A stretch of DNA of 64,000 bases from Blastocystis sp. Blastoise (GCA_039096225.1 JBBPEB010000030.1:372001-436000); one strand, 5' to 3'. Positions 18,601 through 33,423 are shown, numbered from the stretch's first letter. Notes: a model not told the origin generated them from the sequence alone. Program-made: numbers and translations.

Positions 18601-21600
18601 GATCTTATTAAGAATATTATGGAGTCATCACATCAAATTATTCCTTCTACATCAACAAGAAGTAAATTATTATCTTTATTAAATAATTTATCAAAAACAA
18701 GTCTTCCTACTCAAGGACCTGAAATAGTAGATATTGTTATGCCAAGTTATGTAGATTGGTTTATTGGAGAATTATTAGGAAAACGTTTATTATCACAACC
18801 TAATTTTCATGATGTTTATTCTTCATTATTAACATATTTTAAAGATGATACTATTTATGAAAAATTAGTTAAGAAAGCTATATTAATATCGATGATACTT
18901 ATTAATAGTCCTTCTATTTATACTACAAGTGGAGAACGAATAAAATTAAATAATATAGGTAATTGGCTTGGTTTAACTACTATAGCTAAAGATAAACCTT
19001 TATATACTTATGATATTAATTTACGTTCATTAATATTAGATTCCTTACAACAAGGTAAAATGATTATTGTTATTCCATTTATTTGTCATATATTACAATT
19101 TTGTAATCAAAGTCATGTAATAAAACCACCAAAACAGCCTTGGATTATGGGATTATTGCAATTATTAAAAGAAATTTATTTATTACCTAAATTACATCCT
19201 TGGATCTGGTCAGCTATTTCTATTTTATTTAATCAACTAGAAGTTAATATAGATACACTTGAAATTACTCATTCTTATATACAACCTTTTATTCCAAATC
19301 CTTTAAATAATCATGATTTTAAAGATAAAGAAACTATAGATTCTAAAACATCAACTTCGAATAATATAAATAAGAATAGTCTTATTCTTCAAACTATCAT
19401 TAATAACTCTAAAAATACTACTGTATTTGATATAGAATCACCTAAAGGTATTGAAGATGATATGAATAATAATAATAATAATAATTTGGTTAATAATAAT
19501 AATTTGGTTAATAATAATAATAATAATTTGGTTAATAATAATAATTTGACAACTATAGTAATGGAATCAAATTCTCCTTCTGTTGATAGTATACAGAATA
19601 ATACTATTAATAATAATAATATTCATTCTCCTTCTATTTCAAGTATATCTAATAATACGGACTCAAATACTATAAATTCTATATCTATAACAAAATCACC
19701 AAATGGATCTTCGAATATAGAACAATCCTCTTTATTATCTCCTTCTTCTTCGTCTTCTGTTCATAATAATACTAATAATAATAAATCACCATCTATATCG
19801 ATTATATCTACTTCTTCTATTCCTACTACTCCTCAATCTATAAGTCTATCAACGACATCAAATACAAATAATAATAATACAAATAATAATAAAAGTAATA
19901 CTAGTAATAATAGTATATCGGATACTGAATCTGTTACTTCGTTATCTACTCCTTTTATGCAAATTTCATCATCAACACCTCTTTCAACAAGTTTAGATTC
20001 TAATACTTATTCTATTGCAGATGATAATCCTATTTATCAAAATTTACCGAATTTAGAATTATATAATATTATATTACAATTATATATGAATGATTCTTCA
20101 TTAAAAATACTTCCTGAAAGTATTAAACAACAATTTGGATCTTTATTACAATTAGAAAATATATTTCCTTCATCTACAATGAGTATTAGTAATAATACTA
20201 ATAATAATAATAATACTAATAATAATACTAATAATAATAACAATAATCTTATTCGTCGTAATTCTAGTAATTTGAGTAGTTATTTAAATAGTTATATACA
20301 AAGTGTATTACAGAATATCTATCAACAGATTATGGATGAAGAGATACGAGGTGATGTTACTCAATGTATTATATCGACTTTTAAATTAATTACAAAAGAT
20401 TTTAGTGAAGAATATAATGAATTAAAGATAAAAGATAGTAGTATTCATTTATTACATAGTTTATTATGTAATTTAATATATTATACTATACCCGATATTT
20501 TAAAGAAGCAATTAATTCATACATTAGTTGCTAATAAAGATAAATGTGATATTAATTTAGATAAAAAGATTATGAATCATTTATTTAATGAATGTATTGC
20601 TAATAGTATGATTTATTTTACAAATTATATATGTGAAAAATTATATTATTTTGGTAAGCATATAATAATAATATTACTTGATTCTTATATATTAAATCGT
20701 AATGAATTAAATAAATCAATGAATCCCTATTTATATATGGAAAAGATGAATTTACATATTAATCCATCTAATGAATTAGAGGTGATTCCCGTGAATATTC
20801 GTATTGAAAATGGAGTAAATAATCAACAGATGTTGGTATATAAACAATTAATGTATCCATTACCTTATGAATATGATAATGATAATAATGATAATAATAA
20901 TAATATTAATAATAATAATAATAATAATAGTGAAATTGATGAAATAGATTCATATATCTATACTCATTTATCTACTTCTATTGATTTTTGTTTAAAGACT
21001 ATATTTAAAGAAATAGATAGTGAAACATGTGTTTTATTAGATATATCTTTATATAAAGCAGATCATCCTTTATTGAAACAAATTGAAGATTTAGAATTAT
21101 ATATATTACAATGTCCTCTCTCTATTCAATCACAAATTGAGCAATTTATTATACAATCTATTATTGATAAGGTATATAATTTTTTATAACTATTCTTTAG
21201 TTTTCTATATTATTTACATATTATTATATATTATTACATTTTATTATATATTATTATATATTATTATATATTATTATATATTATTATATATTATTATATA
21301 TTATTCTAAATGATAATTATTCATAGTTACTTCATTATACAACGATTCCTTCTTTATCTCTTCAATTATCAACTATCATATTTCATTATTTAATTGATAC
21401 GAATTATCCTGATTTCTATACTACATTATTAACAATACTTCTTCATCTTCCTCTTCTTAATATATCAACATTAATACCGATTCTTATTACATATATATAT
21501 GAAAATATTATTAATATACCTTTATTAGATATGAATCTATCTAGATTATTATTAATTATTCCTATTGAAGAAACTACAATTAATTTTACTATTTCTTTTA

Positions 21601-23252
21601 TACAAAATACTATTATTAATAGAGATTTACTTACATTTGAAGATATTACGAATATCTTACAAGCATTAAATAATATTATATCAAATCAATCTATGTCTCA
21701 AGCAAATATTATTCAGATTCAGTCTTTATTAGAAAATATTAATAAGAAATCATATTTGAAAACTGAAGATATGAAATCAAAACCATTGTTTATACAAGCT
21801 TCAGATATATGGTTCCAATTAGTTCATTCCTATTCATCTCTTTCTCAACCTCAAATCTCTTCTTATTTATCATTATTAGCTAAAAAATCAATTTTTGACA
21901 ATGAGATTTCTATTTGTCGATATTTTAGTTGTATTATTGAAAAAGCTATTCTTTATGATATTCAAAGTAATAGAGATACACAAGTTAATACATCTATAAC
22001 CTATTATTATATTGATAGTGTATTATTATTAATGAATATTTTATATCAAAAATATGATTCAGCAACTAAATTCCATATATTAACTTTTATTTTAAATTCT
22101 TTACAAGAAAATTTAACACAATTTCATGATAATAAAATTGATTTTGATTCTCGTTATCTATTCCGTTTCTATATAAGTGTTTTAGAAGATATTATTGTGA
22201 AGAATTATGATCATGATAAATATACAGATTCTTTACAAAATTATTTGAATCATTTAAAGAAAATATCACCAAAACGATATCCTGGATTTACTTTCAGCTG
22301 GTTTCAGCTTCTTTGCCATCCTTTATTTATACGAGATATTATTCATGGAAATTCAATTCAATTAATACATATATATAGAGATCTTTTATGTGATTATTTA
22401 TCGTTCTTATGTCCTGTATTAGCGATGAATCCTTCTTCTTCTATATATATAGAATTATATCATGGATTATTACAATTTTTTTATACATTATCTATTGATA
22501 GTAGTAATTTCTTAAATATTTATTATCAATATTTTATAGTACATATACCATATAATCAAATAGAATTACGTAATATTATATTATCAAGTTTACCTGATTC
22601 AATTACTATGAATGATTTAAATAATTTAGATGAACTAAAATTAAAAGAATTATTAGTTATTGATACAAATAGTGATGATTATTATATATCATTATTAAAT
22701 CCTGTACAATTATGTGATCCTATTGATGAATATATTGAACAACGTACAAACCATTTTGATGAAATTCTAATAAAGTATATGATACAAGGATCTACTTATA
22801 ATATACCTATGATTAATAGTATTATTTATTATATATGTATTAAAGGATATGTATATATGAAACGTAATATTACTACTATAGAAGGACGTTCAGGGAAAAT
22901 AAGAAATTCATTCCCGTCGGAATTATTGAAATCACTCTTAAATCATATGGATTCCCAAGGTAAATATTATATTCTAAATGCTATTGTAGATCATTTACGT
23001 TATCCAAATTCTTCAACGCGATGTTTCTTTGCTCTATGTAGATATATTATTACTAAAATTGATGTTTCAGAAGTCAAAGAACAAATGATACGTATTTTTA
23101 TTGAAAGATTATCTACCAATTCTCCTCAACCTTGGTGCTTACGACAATTCTTCTCGGAAATAATAGAATCTGACTCAGAAGAACTCTGTCATGGAGTATT
23201 CTCTATTCCTCAACCCACTTTAAAACAAATTATTGATGAATTGAAGGAATAA
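14311..23252 (+). CDS. CNOT1: CCR4-NOT scaffold subunit Not1
   Basis: N-terminus QIHSLVTSLTKEN...YLVKCLF; CAF1-binding region (QPNFHDVY, LNNIGNWLGLTTIAKDKP, PWIMGLL); C-terminal Not1 domain (PGFTFSWFQL, HLRYPNS, ERL...PQPW). Long Asn/Ser-rich inserts. Confidence 0.93.
21221..21305. repeat. 10-nt tandem repeat (TTATTATATA)n in a CNOT1 intron
   Basis: About 8 copies visible. Confidence 0.9.
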
Positions 23253-23809
23253 ATTATTTTTTCATTTTTTTTATTCTTTTAAATATTTTTTAGCTTCTAC
23301 TATTATTATAATAATTTTTATTTTATGTATATTTTTTAAATCTTTAAAAACAATTGTATTTTTTGATATTGTTTAGTTCATATTATTTTTGACTATTTTA
23401 TTTTTTGCCTTTTAAAGAATATTTTCAATATAAACAAATTGGCTAATAACAATGAATACTATTCTAGAAGAATTCTCCTTAGAAAAAAACAATTCACTTA
23501 TTTACTAATTGATATGTGAAAAATATCTTTCATTTATCTTTAATTTATATGTTGTAACTCTATACATCATTTATATTATTTGAATTTATCTGATTGTTGA
23601 ATAAATAATGAAATATTTAAAAAAAAAGTTGAAAATGATAATATTTTGATAATAAATACTTTTATAGCGGTCTTCAAATATGGTTTCACGATTATTTCCC
23701 TCGAAATCTTGTTTTATGTTTTATTTGTGTTGTTGCAGAGTTTCTGATTATTTCGTGATCTTATTGATTGATTTATTCTATATTTGATACTTATATATCA
23801 ACATATACA

Positions 23810-25098
23810 ATGTCGTATCTTGATTTTTTATGAAAAAGAGACAATTCTATTATAACTAGTAATGATGACGCCTTCAAAGATAATATTGAAGTGATATTAT
23901 CTGAGAATAAGTTTGGTAGTGCCCTTACATATAGTCAGAAACGTAGTATATTTGGTCGTTACGAAGATAATTCGATTCGTGAGGTATGAAATGTTTATTA
24001 TTTTAAGATGATACAGAATTTGCTTTATAAATTACTGAAAATATTGATTTTATTTTTATTTACTCATCTAGTTTCAAAGACATTATTTACATTTTGATGA
24101 TATACAAACAATCCAGGCAACGACAGCTATAGAATTCAGTCCTGATGGATTATACTTCGCATCATCTCATAGTGATCATTCTGTTCGTATATTTGAATAT
24201 CCTTCCTGCAAACCTTATGCTGTACTGTTATTTAAAATAATTTTTTTTTTTATATATTTAAATTTATATATATAGTCATTTTTTGGCCATCCTCGAACTC
24301 CCTGGACAATTCGGTGGCATCCCCGTGATTATTCACTTCTCGCTAGTGCATGTTTAGGTGGTACTATTATTATATGGAATATATATACAAAGAAAATAGC
24401 CTATAAAGTGACACTTGAAACGATGAGCGAAATACGATCGATTGATTTTCATCCTTTGTATATATATATATTTTTTATTCTATTTATTAGTGTATAGAGT
24501 ATTATAACATTATCTATTATTATGTATATATAGAGTTGATTTATTATGTATTGCTTCTGGAACATCTATTTATATGTGGGATTATAAAGTGTATATATAG
24601 TATATATTATTTGTTATATATATGTTATATATATATATATAGAATTCTCGTCTTCTTCATGTATATGATATTGAACCTCTTCTTGCCGCCTATGTTCGAT
24701 TTGCCGCCAGAGGACACTTTCTTATTGTTGGTATATAGTATTCTATATTTATTATATTTATATTTATTATATTTATATTTATTATATTAATATTTATTAT
24801 ATTTATATTTATTATATTTATATTTATTATATTTATATTTATTATATTTATATTTATTATATTTATATTTTTTTTATATTTATATTTATTATATTTATAT
24901 TTATTATATTTATTATATTTATTATATTTATATTTTTTTTATATTTATATTTATTATATTTATATTTATTATATTTATTATATTTATTATATTTAATTAT
25001 TATTATTATATATAGGTGAGAAGCAATCATTATTATATCCATCGACATCTCTGAAATTATATCTCGTAGAAATTGATTCTAAACCTTATAATGATGTA

Positions 25099-25133
<35 letters not shown>

Positions 25134-25616
25134 CTTATTATATATATATATATTATACTTATTATATATATACTACACTTATTCTATATATAGTCCTTTA
25201 TACATTTTCACTTTAATATTCCTGGTACTATATTAACAAAGGAAGCATATCTATATAGTGAACACGGATTTGATCTCACTACCTGTGGACTCTATCTTAT
25301 TGTACCTCTGTACATATATATATATATATATATATATTATTCAATAACATATATAGTTACTGTAAATATCTTTTTTTTTTAATAAATATATATAATATTA
25401 TTCATTATATTCTATTAATATATATATATATACATTCAAAACTATTATTATTATCTACTCTATATTTATATAGAGGTCCAGAATATGTACCTACAATTTC
25501 TTCTTCTTCTTATCCATCATTTGGGCCATATATAGATACTTATAAACGAACTAAATATTATAATAGGAATAGTTCTAACGGAGATTCACTAAATAATACT
25601 AAAGACCAATATAATC

Positions 25617-25666
<50 letters not shown>

Positions 25667-26552
25667 TTTATTTTATTTTATCTTTTCAATATATATCTAA
25701 AATCTTTCATTTATAATATATGAATATATATTATTGATATATTATGTATAGATTTTAGAAATAATAATAATTCTACTTCTTTTACTTCTTCTACTTCTTC
25801 TCCGTACAAATCTTCATCTTGTACGGATAACATGCAAGTTCATTCTATAGGAACACAGCGAGAAGTACAATGTAGAATCGCTTTATTATCTTTAGAACCT
25901 AAACATTTTGGCAAAATTTTAGATTATGTCAATTTTAAAGGTATTTTCTATTATTATTATTCCATATATAAAGATTCTTATTTTATTGTTTTTTGAAATA
26001 TTATATATATAGAACCTGTTGATATTATTTCTATTCAATTTTCACCTTCTAATACTTATATATGTATTTCTGGATCATCACAGTAAATATATTTTATATA
26101 TTGTTTTAGTATAGTATAGAATATATATATAATATATATATATATAGATATCCTATGTTAAGTACACAATATCCATTTCTACGCGTTATTCGAATTACAG
26201 ACTGGAAAGTTATGGTATATATATATAAACTATATATATATATAAATTATATTTATTCACTATCTCTTTAATAAATATTTATAAAGAATCTTATTCATAT
26301 ATATATCATCTCTATCTATTTTATCTTTAGTATGAATCGACAGAAAAATCTATCTCTCCAAATACCGCGGTTTTTAGTAAAAATCAAATGGGAATACTTT
26401 GTGGTTCTGCTAATGAGATAATCGCGGTTATTCACAACAATGATATACCATCATCTACTTATATAAAGGAAACATTGGTATTTGATGATTCCGATGAATC
26501 GTATGAAGACGATAATACTCTTCAATCAACAAATCATTCACAAGAACCATAA
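23810..26552 (+). CDS. AMBRA1/DCAF3-like WD40-repeat protein
   Basis: FSPDGLYFASSHSDHSVRIF, GHPRTPWTIRWHP...LASACLGG, and downstream blades (FDLTTCG, SIQFSPSN) resemble AMBRA1-type WD40 proteins. The start needs a 24-nt intron (see findings). TAA at 26550-26552. Confidence 0.75.
24745..24995. repeat. Degenerate TATATT/TATTAT tandem repeat in an intron
   Basis: Low-complexity tandem array, visible directly. Confidence 0.85.
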
Positions 26553-27063
26553 TCATATAGATATTCTTAATATAATAAAAAAATTTATCTATATACTATT
26601 ATAATTGTTTCTATATTCATATTCTATAAAACTCTCATATATTCTTCTTTTTATTCTATAAAGTATTTTATAGAGAGTATTTTAAAAAAACCTCTTTAAT
26701 CAAATACTATTCTTGTTCATAGTATATATATGTTTATATATATATATATATTTTTTCATTTTTCCTCTTTATTCTTTTTAACATTATCATATATTCTTCA
26801 CTTTTTTAATCCAAAAGTATTTTCCATTCTTTTTCTACTTTATTATTATATTTCTTTTCGACATTACACTACTAGAAAGAAAATTTCCTTATGCTATTAT
26901 TTATCATTCTTTTAGATATATATAAAATAATTATAAACTACTTTCATTCAATCAATTTCTTGAAACAAAACAAAGACAAATTGAACGAGAGAGGACGATA
27001 TGTAAAAAGAAACTACATTCTTTTAATTAATAACAATATATTCTGTTTAAAAAAAAGAAACAC

Positions 27064-28277
27064 TTAAAAATGATTTAAAAGAGCACGTCTATTCATTTTC
27101 ATCTTCTCCGTTACTTTTTTATATATCTTCATATCACCTATAGAATAACAAAATAATAAAATAAAATTAAATAAAACCAAATATATATAAATAATAATAT
27201 ACTCTCAGTATTATAATTATAGTAAATGCAAGAGTAAATACTAAGAACAACAACAAATATATATAAGAAAGCAGAAGCCATTATATATATATATCTAAAT
27301 TTATCCATTCTCCATATATACCAACAAACATCAGCTAAACCAACAATATCCAGAACTGTACACTTTATAGAGTATATATATAATAATAAATAATAAAAAT
27401 TTTATTTAATTATTTATATAAATATATATATAATAAGATTAAAATATATATATATTTAATAATAAACATTTTATTCATATTATGAATATAATATGGTAAA
27501 AAATAAAATTATTCTATATATAAAAATATACAAAAAGAGAATAATACTTGCTTGAAGCATTCATGATAAAGTATGTAAACACTAAAGGAATACAAGAAGA
27601 TCCATAAAAAATAATATATCTCCATGTAGTACCTGAATAAAAAGTAATAGAAACTAATACAAAAGCAATAATTGTACAAATATAATTCATAATAAGTAAA
27701 GAATAACCACTTTGAGCTTTTCTATATGTATAGAAATCAGATTCAGAGATTCCATTCATGATTGCACTGTGTGGATCATATATAACAGGATAACGATTAT
27801 TAACAGATTGATTATCAACATGATTATTATTATTAACAGAAGTGTTTATGCTACGAGTATATTGTTCAGAAGCTGTACTATCAGGAAAAGTAATAGCGAC
27901 TTGTTTTTGTACAGGTTGATTTGGTATACTATAGTTATAAGAAGATTTATATCAAAAAAATCAAAACAATATTTTTAAGCATTGAAAAGACATCGTATAT
28001 CAATAAGAATAAATACACAATAGGTTTTACATCTTGAGGAGCAACAGGAAAAGATTGAGGAGCTCCAGAAATAATAAAATTTTGAGGAAAAGCAGAAGCG
28101 TTAACGTAATTCTGTGATTGAAACACAGTAAAGTTCATTAGAAGATGAAAGAAGATGAAAGAAGGCATACGGATTTGGTAGATTTGGGTTATACGAATAA
28201 CCAGGGCTATGAAATATATAATGAACAATTGATTCTTATAGAAACACATACAATATATTGTTAGTTTGATTTTCCAT
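27064..28277 (-). CDS. Hypothetical small multi-pass membrane protein with a Pro/Gln/Asn-rich N-terminus
   Basis: MENQTNNI...PGYSYNPNLPNP..., then hydrophobic segments (LLIMNYICTIIAFVLVSITFY, IIFYGSSCIPLVFTYFIM and more). The spliced frame ends ...RRALLNHF*. Confidence 0.65.
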
Positions 28278-29392
28278 TATTGAATAATATTATTATGACG
28301 TTTCTATCTCAACAACAACTAAAAGTATTCGAAAAATAAGATTAAATAGTGATAATGAAGTCAGTTATTTTTGATTCAAGATATTTGATTCGTTCATTTT
28401 AAGTGAATACACGATCTGATTGGATATATAAAACTATTTCATAAAGTAATCTCCTTGTTAATCAAAGGAATCTCGTACCAATTCGCCATGACTCTTCTTC
28501 TTCTTAAAGTTGTGTCCCCTAAAAAAACGAATTTTTGTTAATAATTCTTATACACATGTATTTTTCTTTTGTGAATATGTTCAGTATGTGAATAATAATT
28601 AAAAATGAGTTCTCATTGATTTGCGGATGTGCATATAGCGTGAACATGAATCATTTATGAGATTTTCTTTAATGAACATTAATTACCTGTAAACTTAATG
28701 TCAGTCAAATATTATTGTTAATAAATCATCATATAATTATTTTGTATCTAAAAAAGTAAATATTTAAAAGTTTAAGAACTATTTTTTCATTTTTTAAAAA
28801 TGAGTTTTTTTTTGCATTTCATTTCACTCCATGATTCCATTCTTTATTATAAAACTATCTTCCTTCATTTCTTAGCATATTCTTAAAGTGACTCCACATT
28901 ATTCATGATAAGAATTATGATAAATACGCATTAAAAAGTATCTATTTTTCTATTTTTTGTTTATAAAGTATTAGCGTATCTGATACTAACGTAAGAAATC
29001 CCGTTAGTCAAACAGAAAGCAACAAAAATATATCAGAATTACGGTATATAATTATAGAAAATTTAAAAATAAGTAATGAGAGTCAGTATTAATGACACCC
29101 ATTCATTTGTTTAGCGTCGTCATTCATCAAAATAAATAAAATTTCTACCACACATTTTCTTTAGCAATTGTTTTGCTAATTTATGGTCATTTGGCAATTG
29201 TGATACAGTGACGATGGATCCAATATCCATTTTAATTGGCTATGAAGAAACGAAGAACCAATAGAAGATAGAGTTTCTTAATAGTGATCTTTGTTTCTCA
29301 GTTCATCATTCCACCATATATTTTCATTTATGTTTTTTCTATTCCTCATATTTATTTTATTCTAAACTTTCTAAATACTTTACGAAATTCAA

Positions 29393-29836
29393 ATGGAATT
29401 CTTACTGTTTGTCTTTTTTGCTTTTTCTGCTATGGCCGGATGTATTTTTTTTTATTACATTTTCCTTGTCATATGATGTATATATAGTCTGTGGTCGTTT
29501 TTCTGATGATTGTTCAACTATTCCTGGTCAAGGTAAATTGCTATTTTTTGTTGTTATTTATTATTTATTATTATTTAGATATTGACTACGTGTTCTACAG
29601 TAATACAGCTGGTCAAATGTATAAAATTGAAATGCAAAATGTCCAACCAGCTGATGATAAATGTGGTGAAAATCATCTTTATGGTTTAATTTGGACTTAT
29701 GACGTTATTCAAACATTGGGTCCTCACAAATATACTACATATTCTACTGATGTAGCCTTTGTTTCTTATGATTTAGCTGCTACTACTCAAGTAGATTGTG
29801 GTATTCCTATTCAAAAAGGAGTACCTATCAGTTTAT

Positions 29837-29888
<52 letters not shown>

Positions 29889-30592
29889 GTATATATAGGC
29901 ATTATAATTGTACTATTAATGGTATCAACCAATGGGCTGGTTTTACTACTTATTTACATCAGAAAAATGATTTAGATTTTGAAACTGATGGTATATAGAT
30001 TATTATAAATGTTTACATTATAGACATTATTATTATTCTTGTGAATATTACTATAATTATTAATACTATCTATTCAATTACTAATCTTCATTTTCTATAG
30101 AACAAGGAAGATTCCATTTTGCTAGAGGAACCTATAATCTTGTTAATGCAGATGGTATATATAGACTCTATATTATATACTTATATATTAATTATATACT
30201 TATATATATTATATACTTATATATTAATTATATACTTATATATATTATATACTTATATATTAATTATATATAGACTCTATATTATATACTTATATATTTT
30301 ATAACTAGGTTGTCCCTTAGGTGTTAATTATACTGCTCAAATTGTTATTATTGTTGTCGTTTGCTTTTGTGTTGTTTTAGGGGTTCTCTTCGTTATTTAT
30401 GTAAAATATAATAAGAAATCCATAAAAACGTTAGCTGGAGAGAAAACAAAGTTATTTAAACAGGATAAAAAGATGTTGAAAATCAAAACAGTGAAAACAC
30501 TTAAAGCAGTAGAAAATAAAAAAGAATTAAAAAAAGAATCACCAAAGTCTCCTGAAAAAGTTGAAGTCAAACCTCAAACGGTTCATGTTTAA
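29393..30592 (+). CDS. Six-Cys type I membrane protein family member, 5 introns
   Basis: MEFLLFVFFAFSAMAG signal peptide, CGRFSDDC, YKIEMQNVQPADDKCGENHLYGLIWTY, DGCPLG, TM helix, KTLAGEKTKLFKQ...QTVHV*. Confidence 0.9.
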
Positions 30593-31378
30593 ATATGTAA
30601 ATAATTTTATTTAATACTAGTTGATATCTAAATTTTATAATCAAATCTATATATATATATATATATCATTCTTTTATTGTCTTTTTTAATGTATATATAT
30701 ATCATAATTTTCATTTTCATTTTCATTTCTTTCCTTTGATATTCAAGTTTCATTTTCTATTTTCGTGCGTAACAAAATTCTAATAATAATATATTGCTAT
30801 TGTTACTTATACTTTTCATATTCTAAGAGACTCAATTTTTAGAAAATACTTCATTTTATTCATTATTTCATTTGAATTGGACATACATATATAATTTGGC
30901 TTTTAAATAACTTTATAAATGACGTATAAGAATATGTATGCAATCAGGAAGACCTGAAAGAAAGATGAAGACTTCTGCTACAATATAAAGTTCTCAATAT
31001 ATAGATGAAAATAAATAAACATATATCATAACCAAAACAAAGAAAAAAGTATTCTTTTTATGTAATGATTCAATAAAATCATATAATTAACAATTTCTAA
31101 TTCCATTTCTCAATTCTCTATAGTATTATCTATTATCTCTAATACTTGAAATGAATAGAATCAATTACAATTCTCCGATGATTATTCTTGTTCCATTTCG
31201 AAATAATTATTCTCATGCATATATTTATTATTCTTGCAAGATATTAAAAAGAACAAACACAACGAGAGCTATATCTTTTCGTTGATGACTCAAACAAACA
31301 GAAGGATTTTTTTTTTTTTTTTTTTGGATTTTTTTCCCTTTTTCTTCAATCAATTCTGCATTCCAATTTATTTCTAAA

Positions 31379-32206
31379 ATGAACTTCCTATTCTTTGCTT
31401 TCTTTCTTTTTTCTGCATCAGCATTTTGTATACTTATCTCTCCTAATAATTGATTATTTAATAACTAGTTTGTGGTCGTTACTCAGATGATTGTTCCACA
31501 ATTCCTGGCCAAGGTAAATGACATACATCTTTTTATATCCTTTAACTCTTGAAATATATTAGATGTCGATTATGTGATTTATTCAAATGCTTTCGGAGAA
31601 GTGTACAGAATTGAAATGCAAAACGTTCAACCTGCTGATTCTACATGTGGTGAAAATCATAACTATGGTCTTATATGGACCTATCAAGTTCTTCAAACTC
31701 TCGGAACACGTCAGTATCTTGTACATGCATCCGATGTAGCTTTTATCTCTTACAACCTTAACTCCACTACTCATATCGATTGTGGAGTTCCTATTCAAGC
31801 AGGTGTTCAAATTAGTTTATGTGATCATAATTGTACTTCTAATGGTTATAACTATTGGAAGGACTTTCCAAGTTATTTACATACAAATTCTACATATACT
31901 TTTGAACTTGATGGTATGTATATTTATATTTGTTTATATATGTTTTGTATTATTCTTTTATCACTATAGAAAAAGGAAACATTCATTTTGGAAGAAGTAC
32001 TTATACATATGTGAATGCAGATGGTATATATATATATATATTTATTTATATTTATTTATTTATTATTTAAAAGAATTATGATCATTAAATAATCAATATA
32101 TATATATATAGGCTGTCCCTTAGGTGTTAATGATAATACTCAAACTATTATTATTATAGTAGTTGTATTTTGTGTTATTCTTCTTGTGCTTGTTTTTGTC
32201 TATATG

Positions 32207-32272
<66 letters not shown>

Positions 32273-32542
32273 TTCTATTTATATATTGTTTTATATTAAT
32301 ATATTAATTATTTTTATATATTGATTTATATAATAAATTTATTATATATGAGATTTAATAAGAAGGCTGTAAAAACTTTAGCTGGAGAGAAAACTAAATT
32401 ATTTAAACAAGATAAAAAACAAATAAAAACAAAGAAAGCTGGAGACATTAAGAAACAAAATGAGAATAAGAAAGAAAAAGAAGAGAAGAAAGAAAAAGAA
32501 GATAAGAAAGAAATTATCAAACCCAAAGTTGTTCATATTTAA
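31379..32542 (+). CDS. Six-Cys type I membrane protein family member, 5 introns (the last unique to this copy)
   Basis: MNFLFFAFFLFSASAF signal peptide, CGRYSDDC, same core motifs, TM helix, KTLAGEKTKLFKQ...KVVHI*. Confidence 0.88.
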
Positions 32543-33423
32543 TTTTTCTATTTATATAATTTGATATCTTTGTTTTTTATTATAAAGATTTACTTTAAAA
32601 TATTTTTTTATTATCTCTTTCTATTATAGATTCTTTTATACTCTATCTGTTTCTATTTTCGTATATACTTTCATTTTTTAGTCATGTTACTTGTTTTGTT
32701 TTTTTATTTTCTTTTTATACTATTTTAAATTCTTAGATAAATAAACTACTCATTTTATTTATATTATAACTATTTAATACATCATAATCATAAATTGGTT
32801 AATAACAACTATTATTATTTTTAATATTTTGTATCCTTATTAGAACTGTTTTATGGATAAAATAAAATTATTTTTAAAGAGATTCAATGAATAGTTAATA
32901 TGCAATATATATGAATAGATATACTTATTTCTTCACTCATTTAATCACCATGGATCACAAATTGTATACTATTTCAATTTTATTTTCATATTAAAACATT
33001 AAAGAGACAATCGTTATAGATCTGAAGAATATGTGAACACTATACTGAATATTTTGAACAACATTTCTGTTAGCTTCCTTATATATACATATAACGTTGC
33101 ATAATTTATTTATTCTGTGATCTCTGCATCGGCACTAAATGATGATGACAACTAGTATTTCATAATGATAAACACAACAAACTGAATTCAAAACATTAGA
33201 ATATATTTTTCAATAATATATTTATATAGAAACTCAGATTTATATAGGATGATATTTTATAATAAATAAATACTAAATCAATTCATGAAACATTGGATAA
33301 TCTTCTTTTTAAATAAATAAGAAAATCCAATAATATCATGAATATCCACAAAATATCGAGCCATATTTTGTTTTTTATCAAAAAATATCTTTACATTAAA
33401 TAATTTATATTCGTTATTAATCG

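Noticed and set aside
33139-33185. ATGATGA...CTGA, a possible C/D snoRNA
   Set aside because: Too short, with no terminal stem or recognisable guide sequence.
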